DNA from: Massalongia carnosa
Lineage: Eukaryota
Length of the DNA: 64,000 nt
Assembly (NCBI GenBank): GCA_965645245.1
Contig: OZ287077.1
Coordinates: 930,001 to 994,000, forward strand
Direction: 5' to 3'
A model generated the notes under the pieces. The model was not told the DNA's origin. It saw only the letters and a program-made list of their open reading frames with translations, and did not search any database. This document shows positions 27,565 through 40,218 of the stretch, in pieces; within the stretch, counting starts at the first letter, position 1; each line of letters opens with the position of its first letter. Both the position numbers and the translations under genes were made by a program.

Positions 27565-29460
27565 TCAATTTACATCACTGTCATCAGATATGATGATGAT
27601 GATGATGTATTCATACTCCGATATGACACCGGCCGTAGGCCGGCCCATGCGGGCAAAGCTATCTAAGTTATGTTACATGGAAAACCTTTCACAGGTGTAA
27701 AAACCATGTCCCTTGATACCCGTCCGATGTGACTACGGGTCGACGTCGGGCGGGAGACGCAGTTCAAAAGACGTGTGGGAACTGTAATGCCTTGTGAAAA
27801 GAGAAGAAAGAAAGAAAGGTTCAACTATTGTTGATTTTACAATAATGTTGATGCTAGTGAGAATTGATTCAATAAGCCTGTTTTCATTAGCCAAGCAGTT
27901 AGTATCTTCAGAGTTTTTGATGATTTGGTCAGCTGCTGATAGTCGCTCGTGCCGGCGGCGCGAAACATCTGTTCTCTATTGTCAATAAGTCTGCAGAACA
28001 TGATTACATGTTCTGGAGTTTGTCTGTGCCAGCCACATGAGCAGGCCGGTGAGGTGACGGAGGGCACCCGTCGCTTGTAGAGGAAGTCAGCTAACCCGAT
28101 CTTGCCAGTGCGGAACTGTCATCAGATATAATGTCTTTACAATAACGAATGCGACGATCTTCGGTATTGTATGGTCGAATCACACCATTGTCTCGACCCT
28201 CTCGATACTCATTTCCTCCATTCAAAGCGATGACTTCCTCTATATGTCGTGGAATTCATTCTATCCAGTGCTGAATCTGTTTTTGTTTCAGACTTTTTGT
28301 CCAACACTGAGTCCATGTTTTGGTAGCCGTTATGCGATTTCGAGGTGCTCCTTTTCGTGTGGTTTTTCTTTTCATCCAGGACCAACATTGCTCGATCATG
28401 TTCAAATCGGGAGAATTACCCGGCCACAATAAATGCAAGACTCCTGCATCCATAAAGACGAGGGCTTGATGTTTAGAAGCATGACTGGGAGCCTTGTCCT
28501 CCTGTACAATAGTATCGGGACGATCTTTCATACATTCTTTGGCAAACGGTAGAAGTTTGGAAAGAAGAATGATCTTTTGATAACGATACCAGTCGATGCC
28601 TCCTTTGCCTTTTCGGACCACTTTTCCATGCTTTTCGTCCCATCTCCAGGCAGGTTTTCGGCCTCCTTTGGTACGCAGTCCCATTCGTTTCATCCCCGTT
28701 TCCAATTCCCAATTTTGTTTCACTAGAGGCTCTAGTGCCTCATTGATTTAGTCAATTTCTTTTTGAGCGGCGTGTTTTTCTGCTGCTGTCTCCGGCTTCC
28801 ATATATGAAAAAGACCTTTCTTTTCATACGAAAAACAACCCCAAAACATGAACTCGGAACATCCTTTCCATCTACGTCGGATGCATGTTTGAGCATATTT
28901 TTCGTTTGGAGTTCGCCATTGAAGTCTTCGTCCTCGTCGAGAGCCCAACACGACACTGGTTTCATCGCTCCATATAAAATTCTTCCAATCATCGAGAGTC
29001 CAGTGACGATAGCGCCAATAAAATTGCAATCGAGCTTCTTTCATTGCTGAATCAAGGCCCGGTTTCATGGTAGCTTTGCAGGAACGAAAATTATTGCGTC
29101 GAAGAACATTGAGGATAGTTGTAGATGAAACTCCGTGTTCATATCCCAAAACGGCTGAAGATTTTCTCTACTATTTCGATCATGACGAACGTTATTTAAA
29201 ATGGCCTGTTCTATCTCAGGCGTCACTTTGAGAGGACGTCCTGAACGAGGTGCATCTTGCACGTATTCTACCTTCAGTATTCGCGAAACAGTGGGATCAT
29301 ATCCTCGATCTCGTGCCTTGCGTTTGAGATAGCTGATAGACTGAATGGAGACTCCGGTGACTGCTTGAACGACTTTGGCTGTTATGCCATGTTCAATCAA
29401 AGATAATGCTTGTAACTTTTGACCAATGGTCAGACTATTGTTCTGAGTTCGTGATGTCAT
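27565..29460 (-). pseudogene. Degenerate Tc1-type transposase
   Basis: DAPRSGRP, FIWSDETSV, MFWGCFS, QEDKAPSH, WPGNSPDLNMIEQCW, NGGNEYREG; stops and frameshifts. Removing the LINE plus one TSD restores the C-terminus RIRYCKDIISDDSDVN*. Confidence 0.87.
27592..28114 (-). mobile_element. 5'-truncated non-LTR retrotransposon 3' end, copy 2 (near-identical to copy 1)
   Basis: 15-bp TSD ACTGTCATCAGATAT at 27577-27591 and 28115-28129; longer (ATC)n tail; only about 6 substitutions and a 1-bp indel relative to copy 1. Confidence 0.9.
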
Positions 29461-29879
29461 GATTTGAAGCATATAAAATTTTACTTGATGATATTTGATA
29501 AATAAAAGATGCTGCATAGGTCAAAGTTTATAATATCTATAAGAAACCCCTATTGAATTGTTAGCGTTCTTTATGCATGACGCGAAAACAGCACGAATGC
29601 ACGCTATCAAGGACTTTTCGTGTCAACCTCCGTAGGGATGGAAGGCGTGGTCCAAGGATTCTTAATGAAGCCCCCTCCGGCTCCTTTTATTCCGGTGTAC
29701 GAAGTACAGAGAACATAAGAAATACCTCTGTATGTACATATTCTGTCTGTACTTTGCATGTACTCTGCAAGTACATATCCCACCAACCTAGCCTACCAGA
29801 TATGTAATAAATGACCTCATCAAAATTATATCAAAATCATATCAAATCATACCAAATCCAAAGAGCTCAACCACTCCTT

Positions 29880-31285
29880 ATGGCTCCTGTCTACAAAATT
29901 GCCATCATCCAACTCTACCCAGAGGTATCCTCTCCAACCTTCCTGGACCTTCTCTCCTCCCCCCACTTCCTCCCCAACTCTCACCACCACTCCTAGCTAA
30001 ACCACCTCACTTCCGTCCTAGCCCCTTCAACTTGAACTTAACTACCAAAAAGCCGCGCACTATATCGCCACTGCCACCTCCCAAGGCGCTCACCTTGCCG
30101 TACTCCCCGAATACCATCTATCCAATTGGCTCCCTCTCGCCGCCAACTTTCTCGGCCTCTGCGCGCAATGGCGCGTCTACCTTGACAAGTACCGCGCCCT
30201 GGCGCGATCGCACAACATCTGCATCGTGCCGGGCACTATCGTCGAGTATCACCGTGACGAGGTGACGGATGAGACGAGACTGGTGAATGTGGCGTACTTC
30301 ATCGGCAATGACGGGGAGGTGCTGGGGCGGTATGAGAAGAAGAATTTGTGGTAACATCATAATAATCTAACCTCTTGCCTTTTTTTCCCCCGCGGAGCAC
30401 TTTTCGGAAGCCCCTTGCCTATTAAGGGCACGAATCCGGAGTGAGATGGGAAACGTTTTGTCGAAAGCTAACCCGCCCTTGCCCCCACTTCTGACGCAAA
30501 GAGAACAGGCACCCCGAACGCCCCCACCTCACCTCCAGCGCTCACGACCCGCATACCGTGATTCAAACCCCGCTCGGCCCCGTCGGCCTCCTCATCTGCT
30601 GGGACCTGGCATTTCCTGAAGCGTTCCGGGAGCTGATCGGAGGGGGAGCCAAAATCATCATAATCCCAACTTTCTGTTCGTTTCCCCTATTTTCCCCCAA
30701 TGTGTTCTCCTCCCTCCACCCTCATACCGCCTCCCATACTCGTCACGGTACCTGATACACATAGAAGAAAACCGCAACTAACATCACCCCCCTTCCCCCA
30801 TTTTTTACAAAATAACAGGGACCTTAAGCGATTGCAATCCCGCCGGTCTAGCCCTAAACCCCCTCTCCGAAGCCCTCTTCGTCACATCCACCCTCACCTC
30901 CCGTGCCTTCGAGAACACCTGCGCCATCATCTTCGCCAACGCCGGCGGTCCGCCTTCCTCTTCCATAGCGCCTCCCTTACCCGTTCCAACCGCTCAACCT
31001 CCTTCCTTCCCTCCACCCCACCCCCTCCCTAATCCCCAAACATCTATCCCTACCCCCGCACCTCTCCACTACATGGGCCTCTCCTGCGCCACGCTACCTT
31101 TCGTCGGCACGCTGGGCGCCGCCACCAAGGACAGTGCCGACGAAGGCATGAGTGTAGTGGAGCTGGACATGGAGATCGTCGAGGAGGCAGAGCGGAACTA
31201 TGGGGTGAGGCGGGACATGGCGGGAGAGGAGTGGCATTATGAGTACCGGCACGGGCGAAGGGGGGGGGAGTGGGCGTGGGGATGA
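29880..31285 (+). CDS. Carbon-nitrogen hydrolase / nitrilase-superfamily protein (multi-exon)
   Basis: YKIAIIQL, LPEYHL (Glu), YEKKNLWHPER (Lys), GLLICWDLAFPEAFREL (Cys), RAFENTCAIIFANAGG. Confidence 0.9.
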
Positions 31286-32146
31286 TGATGATGATGATGA
31301 AGGGGAAGGGAATGAGGAGTGGAAGTTGCACAACAAGAGAAGAAAAGAAAAAATGACAAGCCATCGTTCTAGGCGGGAAAGACTCCTGAAGGGTTTTCTT
31401 CGCACCTGTCTCCCATCCATACCAGACCCTCCCTTCCCGCAAAATTTTCATTCAGAGTATCGTAACCCCGATAGATAAAGGGGCCTCCTTGGAAAATATT
31501 CGGCATGAAGTGCTATTTCCATTGCGTACACCCTAGGGAAAAAGAAATTGGCTATGGACAAAACCCCTCCCAACACGCCCCCTTCTCCCAATCCCCCAAT
31601 CCCCCAATCCACCATCAGTCATATACAGGGAGAGAAAGCCAAGATAGGAGGCGCGCTGCGAGAAATACTCCCCACAACCCCTCAAACCACCTGAAGGATG
31701 GATTTGTCTTTCTTGTTCCACCTGTCCTCCACAGAATAAGTATTTGCCCGGAAAGGAAATTGGGGGAAGAAATGAATAAAGGAAGAAAGGGAGAGACAGA
31801 GGGAACCGCGCGTGTAAACCGGGTATCTAATGGAAATAGTACCTTGGTGTAACTGAGGGAAAACTAAGAAAGACACCGAACGCTATGGACGTGGTATAAG
31901 GGAACAGCGAAAAAAAAATGAAATAGGTTTCTTGCATCCATATCTCATTACCATTCATCCTTCGTCCATCACTTAGCTCGAGCTCAAGGCGTCACTTTAG
32001 CTCAGTGATGTACTGTGGTCGCAAAACGAATGTGGCGAGGACAAGGGATCGAGGTTAGTTATTTTTTAGGTAAAAGCATCAATGTCCGCATAATAGCTCT
32101 AGTACGGTGTTTCCAAGGAAGAACCCCCAAGGTCACCGAAGGATTG

Positions 32147-33770
32147 TCACACGACGACCACACGGGCATTCCATGGCGAGCGATGGTTCATCGGCGAAAA
32201 TGCCGCTATGACCTTAGCGGGTTCTTCATCGGAGCCATCTTCGTCGCCGTCTTCTGTTCCATCCATATTCAGCATTTGGAAGCGGTTGACCATGGGGTTC
32301 AACTTCTTGGTAGGCTGCGGTGCATTCTCCTTCCTGGGCGCATGCTGCACCTTCGGCAGGGACTGCGCGCACTCGTCAGGATACCATTCAATCCTCATTC
32401 CTTTGTACACTGCTCTTGACATCATACAAGTTCTGGCAAACAGAGAATTGTGTATCGAGTTTAGAGAAAGGAAGGCATCACCGTTCTGGAAAGCAATGCT
32501 GATCACGATGAGGTTGTGGATGTGGTCCAGGTCCTCACGAAGACGTTCTTCAGTAATGTTTGGATGAATGCCTCGGATTATCAGATTTCGTGTTGCGCCA
32601 ATCCCAATTTTGTTTGCAACATGACCCGGGAGGACGAATTGCCGGTCGTTCCAAGAAAATTCGATCTATGACCCTCATCAGCTCCATATTTTACCCCTAA
32701 AGTCATAAATTACCCTTTTTCCATGTATGTAGATATCATTCCGTTTCGCATAGCTTAAGAATTCTTGTGCAGCAGCTCCTTCAATGAATGATATGCTAGC
32801 ACTGCGCTCGTTGGCGCGCAAAAATATGTCCAAAACGGCACCTCCACGAATTACATCGACAATGTCTTTGTGGGTTGTACGTTCCGACAGGTTCTTGGCA
32901 ACGATGGTTCGCTGGTCAGCCCTCGGGTATTGTTGCTTTTCGGGTCTGGCAATGGGGGAACAGTGGTCATCTTTCTCGAGGTCTGACGGAAAAGAACCAT
33001 CGTCTTGCGCAGAACTATACTGACGCGCGCAAAGCCCTGCCCGCTCCTTGTGAAGACCATTTGAATCCAATTGATTCCTGGGAGGCCACCCTGAATGGGG
33101 AGCCGACGGACGAGACATGGTAACAGAAGCCTTAGCCTGACTGCTGAAGATATTGACTCCTCCATTGACTTCTCCCTCTTCGTCGGTGAATGTATCAGCT
33201 GGGGTTGGAGTGGCTTCGTCACCGCCACGAATTAATGTCTAATTTCAGCGTAAGTGCAGCCAGGAATTCGGCTAAGAAGCGCAACATGCCTCTAAAGTAT
33301 CCGGTGCTATACCTCCGCGGTACAGAGCATCTCTGAGACTTGCTAATGCCATGATTAGCGTTTGAGCTGATTATACGTTGACTAGGTTATACACGATCGC
33401 GATAAGCCCAGGGAACACACTATACTCCTGAGCCATTCGTAACTAAAGCCGTTCAGCGTTAGAGACTGACTAATCATAACGTCGGCGACGACTCACAAGG
33501 TTATCATGATCGACCTTTGGGATGCTGACTATCGGCAGATCCACTGGTGTGGTAAGATCTTGGCCAGAAGCATGCTACACAGATCATAAGCGTCCTTGGA
33601 GTTTGCTGATTCCGCCCCAATGAGGACTGACAAACTCAGCTCTGCTAGGCAACGTCAGTTCACTAAGTCTTGAGGGTTTTGGGTGGGGTAATGGGAACAG
33701 GGCTGTTGCAAACGTACCGTCGAAGCAAAGTCTCAAAATATGCTTTATCTATCGTCACCGTAGCTGCCAT
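32147..33770 (-). CDS. RRM RNA-binding protein (Nrd1/Msa2-like) with several small 5' exons
   Basis: MAATVTIDKAYFETLLRR start; RTIVAKNLSERTTHKDIV and GATRNLIIRG RRM motifs; LNSIHNSLFARTCMMSR...YPDECA. Confidence 0.85.
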
Positions 33771-36132
33771 GATGCTTAGCTATGGGTCTAGACAAGCAAG
33801 ATTGGCCACAGGGGTTTGTGGGAAACGAAAAGGAAGAAATATGGTTCCAACGCTGCGTATATCATGCGGACAACATGAGGATATCACCATCACGCCCCAA
33901 ACTAAGGCTTATCAAAATGATGGCAAGCGCTTGCTTAGCCTTACCAGTTTCACCTTCCCGTCACAAACATGATTGGACCAGAGTAACTTTAAGCTTATTA
34001 TGTCAGCTCGCACTTCCTTCCAGAAATTTAAGCATATCGAGTATATGCCCATTGGGTTAGTCTTCAAAACTAAAATTACGAAATATGAAACGTACCTCAG
34101 TTATATATTTAGAGTCTTTTACAGAGTAGTTACCACACTTCTGAGAACGATCCAGACTCTCGGAAAGCAGTTGGTATTTTCAGACTTACAGTGCAAAATC
34201 GCCGTTTTGTGACACGTCTTTTGAGATGATTGATCATCATTGTTAAACAATTTGTTACACAGTTAACAAACATGGTTTAAACGTTTAAAGTTTAGGGTAT
34301 TGTTTAAATCAACTGAAACGTTGTCTCGGAAGACTCCTTGCGTCTCCACCGAAGCCTCTTAAAATGACACTCCTTCACCTCCTCCATCATCTTCACTTTT
34401 TCAGGATCCTTTCCGAGGGAGAATGTAGCAACATAATAAAAAGGGTAACGGGATTCCATATTTATCCTATGATAAATTCTTGCTATTGCTTGCTTTAACT
34501 CAGTCTCAATTAATCTCTTTTTCTGTATCTCAAACGTCTGACAGCAATGGAGGTATGTAGCTCAAGTTAGCTAAGGAGCAAACCAAACAAGATGAAGCTC
34601 ATAAGCCACTACTTAGAAGCCGGCAGTTGATCTCGGAGAGAATTAGGTTGATGGTCAGAATTGCTGCAGTTGCTATGAAAAAAATGAGATCGATAGAGAG
34701 GGTGAAGGTATTGTGAAAATATCAGTAACCTTCCGTGGTGGTTTTTAATACTATAAGCATTTGTGTGAACATATTGAAAATATGTCGGATTATATGATGA
34801 GGGAAAGAAGAAAGAAGAGGCTTCACCCTAACACGCCAATATAAATGACTTTCTTTCATTCAGAAACCGAGATACTTTATATACATATGTCTACAGTTTA
34901 GTCTGTATAATCCGCGTCAGAAGCAGGGAGTTACGTCCTCAGAAAATTAATTCTTAAATTCCTCCCTCAGCTTTCTTGCTCCTCAGGGCAAGAACCTAGC
35001 GTAATTTCTCACATCATTATCGATTTCTCCGTATGAGGTTTCATCTTCGCAAGGTACTATCAAACGCAGTGGTGTTCTAGGCATCTTGAATTAGCCACTT
35101 GGTCAGAATACTTCGAGCATGGCGAAAAGGCCATATCTTCGCCTTTTACATTCATATAAGCGTTGACGGGATGACGACTCAAGTTTATTCTGGTGGTACT
35201 GATCACTTATTAGAAGCTATCCTTGTTGATTGTTGGATATACATTGACGAAGGTAAGATAAGCTACAAGAAGGGAGCTCAATTCCTAGGGTATGTTACAA
35301 ACTTGCTCACTCTCTCTCCTTTTCAACCATCGACCTAAATAATGAGACGCATAGAGAACCAAACCCTCGGAATCGATCTTTCCGTCAGCTGGACGAATTC
35401 AACTTTGAGTAAACCTTACTACTATTCCTAGACCTTCGAGCTCTTTAGCTTTCAGTTGACAAAGCCTGTGATGGAACAATAAACAAACCGACAAATTTTG
35501 TTTATTGCTTCGGGGGCAAGCATTCTTGTGAGTATAACGTAGCGAAATCCTACCGCATGCCACGAGAGTCGATATGGAGTTTTACATTTGATGGTGGGCC
35601 GAAGTAATAGGTTCTAGTAGTGCAAACCCATTCCCATCGACCTTAAAACGGCCTGCGGGAGGAGCTTCGGCATATGATGATTTTAACGGTTACCATCTTG
35701 GAGGATTCGTTGACCTCGGTACTAGCCCTGATGTATACTTCCCTGTGGGATAGACAAGGGTTTTAACTGGTCTGATTTCTTTCGAGTTTGAGTCTTTTGA
35801 CGATTCGCAACGCGACAGGCGAAAGTGTTTTTTTGGCTTCTCGATCTAAAAATGGAGTCCTGAATAGTTCAAGGCCCATGGTGAATGTTCTTGCATATGG
35901 GGTTGACGGTATTCTTGTAATCACGGGATTCAATGATGCTAGTTTCAACAACATCACGGTTTATAACAAGCACACACGCCGCTGGCTTTCTCAGGCAGCA
36001 ACACGGACCATCCCAGCTCTTCGGGAAATATTCTGCGTTGCTGGGATTCAATCGAGTAATGTATCTTCTCACCGGATGAACTTTATCACCACACCCATCA
36101 AAATCAACCCACAATATTCCAATTGGTCTAAA

Positions 36133-38048
36133 ATGGTCAACGAAGCAGCTATTCAGGAAGCGATTATTGATTTAAAATCCCAGAAAGCTCCTAATTTTGC
36201 TGCTACTGCTAAAAAGCATAGCGTACCTCGTTTGACCTTACCGCGTCGCTTCAAAGGCGAAACCGTCTCGAGCGCCGAAGCTCACTCTAGACATCATAAG
36301 CTACTGACCAATGCTCAAGAATCGGTCCTCATTGAGCATATTCGAAAGCTTTCGGACCGGGGTATTCATCCCACTCCTCAAATACTCGAAAATCTGGTTT
36401 TGGAGTTTGTGAGAAAGCACATCGGGAAGTGCTGGGTCTATCGATTTCTAGAGCGCTACGAAAATGAGCTTACAAGCGTATATCTACGCAATATCGACAA
36501 TCTAGGCATATTGCGGATAATTCTAAGCATTTTGAACATTACTTTGCAGTCGTACTAGCCCATTTCCCCTCATTTCCCTATAACCTATGCTTATGCCGCT
36601 GAACTGACCCTAGACCCCCTAGCTCCAGGAGAAGATCGAAAAATACCACATCAAGCCCTCGAACATATACAACTTTGATGAAAAAGCCTTCCTAATGGGT
36701 ATGTGTCGTACTATGAAGCGTATCGTACCGATTGATCACCTTCGAAGCAAAAAGACGCTCAGTTCGAGTCAGGACGGATCTCGCGAGTTCATCTCCCTTT
36801 TGGCTACGATTTGCGCCGACGGTAGCGCTCTAACACCAGCTTTGATCTGTCAGGGGGATTCGTACGATCTACAAGATACCTGGCTCGAAGATTATGACTG
36901 CTCATCAGATGAAGCTTACTTTGCTGTATTCAAATAGGGCTGGACCAATGAAGAACTGGGGCTTTCCTGGCTTTCAAAGCTTTTCGAACCGATTACGCGC
37001 AAAAAGGCAGGTAACGCTAGGCGCCTATTGATTATGGATGGTCATTCGAGCCATGTAAACATGAAGTTTATCGAGTTATGCGATAATCATGGGATTATTC
37101 TAGCTATTTGCCCCCGCATTCTACACATCGGTTATAGCCCCTGGATGTTGGAATCTTCTCACCGCTCTCTACCGCCTATTCGAACCAAATTGACCCTTTG
37201 ATCCAGTCGAGCCAGGGCTTCTCTCGAGTTACTAAGCGTAGCTTTTGGTCTATGTTCCGTACGGCATGGAAAACAGCCCTAAGCTTCGAAAATATACGCT
37301 CAGCTTTCGCTGCCACTGCGGTTTACCCACTATGCCCCGAAAAGGTTATAAACCAGCTCAAAAGGAAGACTCCATCACCAATTCAAAGCGATAGCGAATC
37401 TAAGAAAAAGACTCCGGGCTCCGTACGAGGTGTACGAAGAGCAGTCAAAGCGATTCGATCCGAAACGACCGACATAGCTGCAGGACTGGATTTGATGATT
37501 CGAGCAAGCGAGAAACTAGCAATTAAAAATGATATACTGGAACACGATTATTGGGCTTCGTACAGCACTAGTAGATGAAAAAAAAACGCCGGAGAAGGGG
37601 GAAACCGATGGGTCTATTTTTCAAAGATGAGCCCGGGTAGGCTATGTTCTTTTCTCCGGCTAAAATTGCTGCGGTTCGGACCCGTCAAGAGGAGCTCGAG
37701 GCTCAGAAAGAACAGGAGAAGCTTGAAAAGGAAGTAGAGCGTCAAAATCGGGCTGCTGAGAGGGAGCGCAAAGCTCAGGAAGCTCAGGAACGGCGCGAAA
37801 CTAGGCAGAAGACTCGTGCTGAAAAGCTGGAGCAGAAGCAGCGCGAAAAAGAAGCTCGTACGAAGCAGAAGGAGCTTAACAAGCAGCTTAGGCTTGAAGA
37901 GCAGTCAGAAAAGGATCAAAAGAAGCAAGCTACTATAGCTAGAAAGCGAAAACTGGAGGATCCACCTCCTATAGAGCCGAAACTGCCCGAAACGAGAGTA
38001 GCTCGTAGCGGACGCACTGTAGTGATTCCTTCTAAGTTTAAGGAGTAG
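36133..38048 (+). pseudogene. Degenerate pogo transposase (HTH-CENPB plus DDE_1), intron ~36552-36622
   Basis: AATAKKHSVPRLTL HTH, YNFDEKAF, QDGSREFISLLATICADGS, IMDGHSSH, PLDVGIFSPL; stops and frameshifts. Confidence 0.87.
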
Positions 38049-38169
38049 AAAATATCTGTATCGTGTTCGTACAATGCTATTTACCCTTTCATATGATTTT
38101 TATAGCTTTATATTCATTGTTCATCGAGATATTCTAGTTTTAGGTCGTAGTTACCATTTCTGGAGGGGT

Positions 38170-38373
38170 GTTCATCCGGTGATAAAGTTCATCCGGTGAT
38201 AAAGTTCATCCGGTGATAAAGTTCATCCGGTGATAAAGTTCATCCGGTGATAAAGTTCATCCGGTGATAAAGTTCATCCGGTGATAAAGTTCATCCGGTG
38301 ATAAAGTTCATCCGGTGATAAAGTTCATCCGGTGATAAAGTTCATCCGGTGATAAAGTTCATCCGGTGATAAA
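38170..38373 (+). repeat. Perfect tandem array of 12 x 17 bp GTTCATCCGGTGATAAA in the right TIR of element C
   Basis: Counted directly; the unit is the reverse complement of the left-TIR motif TTTATCACCGGATGAAC. Confidence 0.97.
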
Positions 38374-40102
38374 ATACCTTAATGATAGCTATGTACGAGT
38401 TGCAGATCATCCCGCTAAACATAAGGTGTTAGCTTGCTTGGCCAACGACAGATTTCTTCACGGGGGTAAGATCATTGGCGGTTCCACCAACGCAGGCCTA
38501 GACGACATTTATGTACTTTCGCTACCAGCGTTTCGGTGGTTTCATGGCAATCAAATATCTGGTCAAGGAAGGCCCGGACACACTTGTCATGCCACCGGGA
38601 GTGGCCAGATGATATTCATCGGAGGGGTTGGTAACAGTCAGTATATTGCTGATATTAGATAAGGCTGGAACGGCACCGCAGATGTTTGGATCAAGGAATA
38701 GGTGTCTTTAACATGACTTCTTTGGAGTAGAAAGACTCATACCAGGCAAACCCAGGCAGCTATACGCAACCTGATGTTGTCCAGCAGTATTACGTCGAAA
38801 GGTGGATAAAATCCCCTCGCTCAAATTCCGGTTTAAAGGACGTCCATTCTTAGCCAACCTTAGTACATCTCATTACCCTTCCCAATGGGCATCGGCAGAA
38901 ATTCGAGAGCTATTTCAACCAACACCATCCCATGCAAGACAAGCTGCCCTCGCCGGCATTACCATTGGTTGCGTCGCATCGATCCTCCTCAGTGTGTTCG
39001 CAGCGTGGCGCTATCTGCGATAGAAGAAGAACAGGTTCACCGCGCAACGGGCTCACGACGAAGCTGAGTTGCGCGAGACCGCTGGATTTCTTATGTTAGA
39101 CTCCACCCTGATGGTGGGGGCCTCCGCCGTGTGCCGGCCGTGGGAGATGTCCAATTCCAGCCAGTTGGTTGAGATCTCCGCTACCGGCCAGCTCTATAAG
39201 ATTGGCTGCAGGCAAGGTGGACAAGTGGATCGACCCCCGAACTGGCTGTCGTGAGGGTCACCCAGCAAGCTCACCCGGCGAAACGTGGCGCTGGTTGGGG
39301 GTGATGGGAGTGGCCATAGGCATCGAAGATGCGGTTCCGTCTCGCTCGTCCGCTTCATGCCTAACTACCTTCCCTTTCTCGACTGCCCATGCCATCCATA
39401 GTCTTTGGTGTATACATTCTGGGTTTCGTACATTTAGGGAACAAGGTACTCTGTATACGATGTTATCTGCAGGACCCCGGATCTTTACGCCAACCCGTTC
39501 AAGCTTTGTTTCTCCCACGACCAGACTCTGTGGAAACGGGCCGACCACACCGTAGTCGTAACTGCCGAACACGCCATGACTCTCCCCAGTCAGTTGTGGG
39601 CCTGTCCGGTATGAGCCGTGGGTAGCTCTGGATTCCGAGAAAGTTGTGTCGTTCGGTCAAAACTGACGCCTTCTTCTAGCGCCGGAAAGCTAAGGCTCCG
39701 TTCGCATGCGTCAAAGCGCCATTTCACTCGCCAATCCTAGGTACCTTGTACCTAATCTGTAGGTAGGTACGGAGTAGGTATCTGAGGATCATTTGGATAA
39801 CTTGACGTCGGATTTGCTGTACAGAGTAATTTACACATTACGCACGTCTGAAAGTAGTTGGAGTAGTTCAACGGTGATGCATTGTTGGCATGTCGAGAAG
39901 GTTTCAGGGCAATGGATTGTATTTCGAACGCCCACCCCAAAAGGTAGATCAGTACTGTATCACAGGGATTTCTGAGGATTGATGACGCGTACCTTTTGGG
40001 TATGGTTTTGTGGTTTTGTGGCTTAGCATAGACGTCGAGTTATCGATTTGCTGCATTCAATGAAGCGATGATACCTCGACACCTTGCCAGGTAATGAGGT
40101 TT

Positions 40103-40218
40103 TGCCTGGCTGCCTGGCTGCCTGGCTGCTTGGCTGCTTGGCTGCTTGGCTGCTTGGTAGCTTGGTTGCATGGCTGCATGGCTGCATGGCTGCATGGCTG
40201 CATGGCTGCATGGCTGCA
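40103..40218 (+). repeat. 8-bp variant tandem repeat (TGCCTGGC, then TGCTTGGC, then TGCATGGC)
   Basis: About 14 units, seen directly. Confidence 0.9.

Larger units (their letters stand above)
27422..29632 (-). mobile_element. Tc1-like DNA transposon with degenerate TIRs, interrupted by LINE fragment copy 2
   Basis: Flanked by TA; ends read CGGAataaTGACAC and CGGAggtTGACAC; contains a Tc1 transposase. The left boundary is less certain. Confidence 0.75.
36059..38379 (+). mobile_element. pogo/Fot1-type DNA transposon C
   Basis: TA at 36057-58 and 38380-81; TIRs ATGTATCTTCTCACCGGATGAACTTTATCACC and AGGTATTTTATCACCGGATGAACTTTATCACC. Excision restores the host reading QSSNDSY. Confidence 0.9.
35033..39254 (+). 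pseudogene. Kelch-repeat single-pass membrane protein pseudogene split by pogo element C
   Basis: Fragments IDLSVSWTNST, FYCFGG, GYHLGG, FNNITVYNKHTRRWLSQ..FCVAG before the element; FLHGG..DDIYVLSLPAFRW, GHTCH..QMIFIGG and a TM segment AGITIGCVASILL after it; many stops. Outer boundaries approximate. Confidence 0.75.

Noticed and set aside
35788..36558. Kelch-transposase fusion ORF as a domesticated gene
   Set aside because: It is an in-frame read-through across the TIR, but both parts are degenerate, it lacks a proper ATG start and the transposase frameshifts at ~36500.
38170..38373. CRISPR-like array
   Set aside because: The repeats are head-to-tail with no spacers, the context is eukaryotic, and the unit derives from the transposon TIR.
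39258..39625. Short ORFs downstream of the kelch pseudogene
   Set aside because: No recognisable motif or gene structure.
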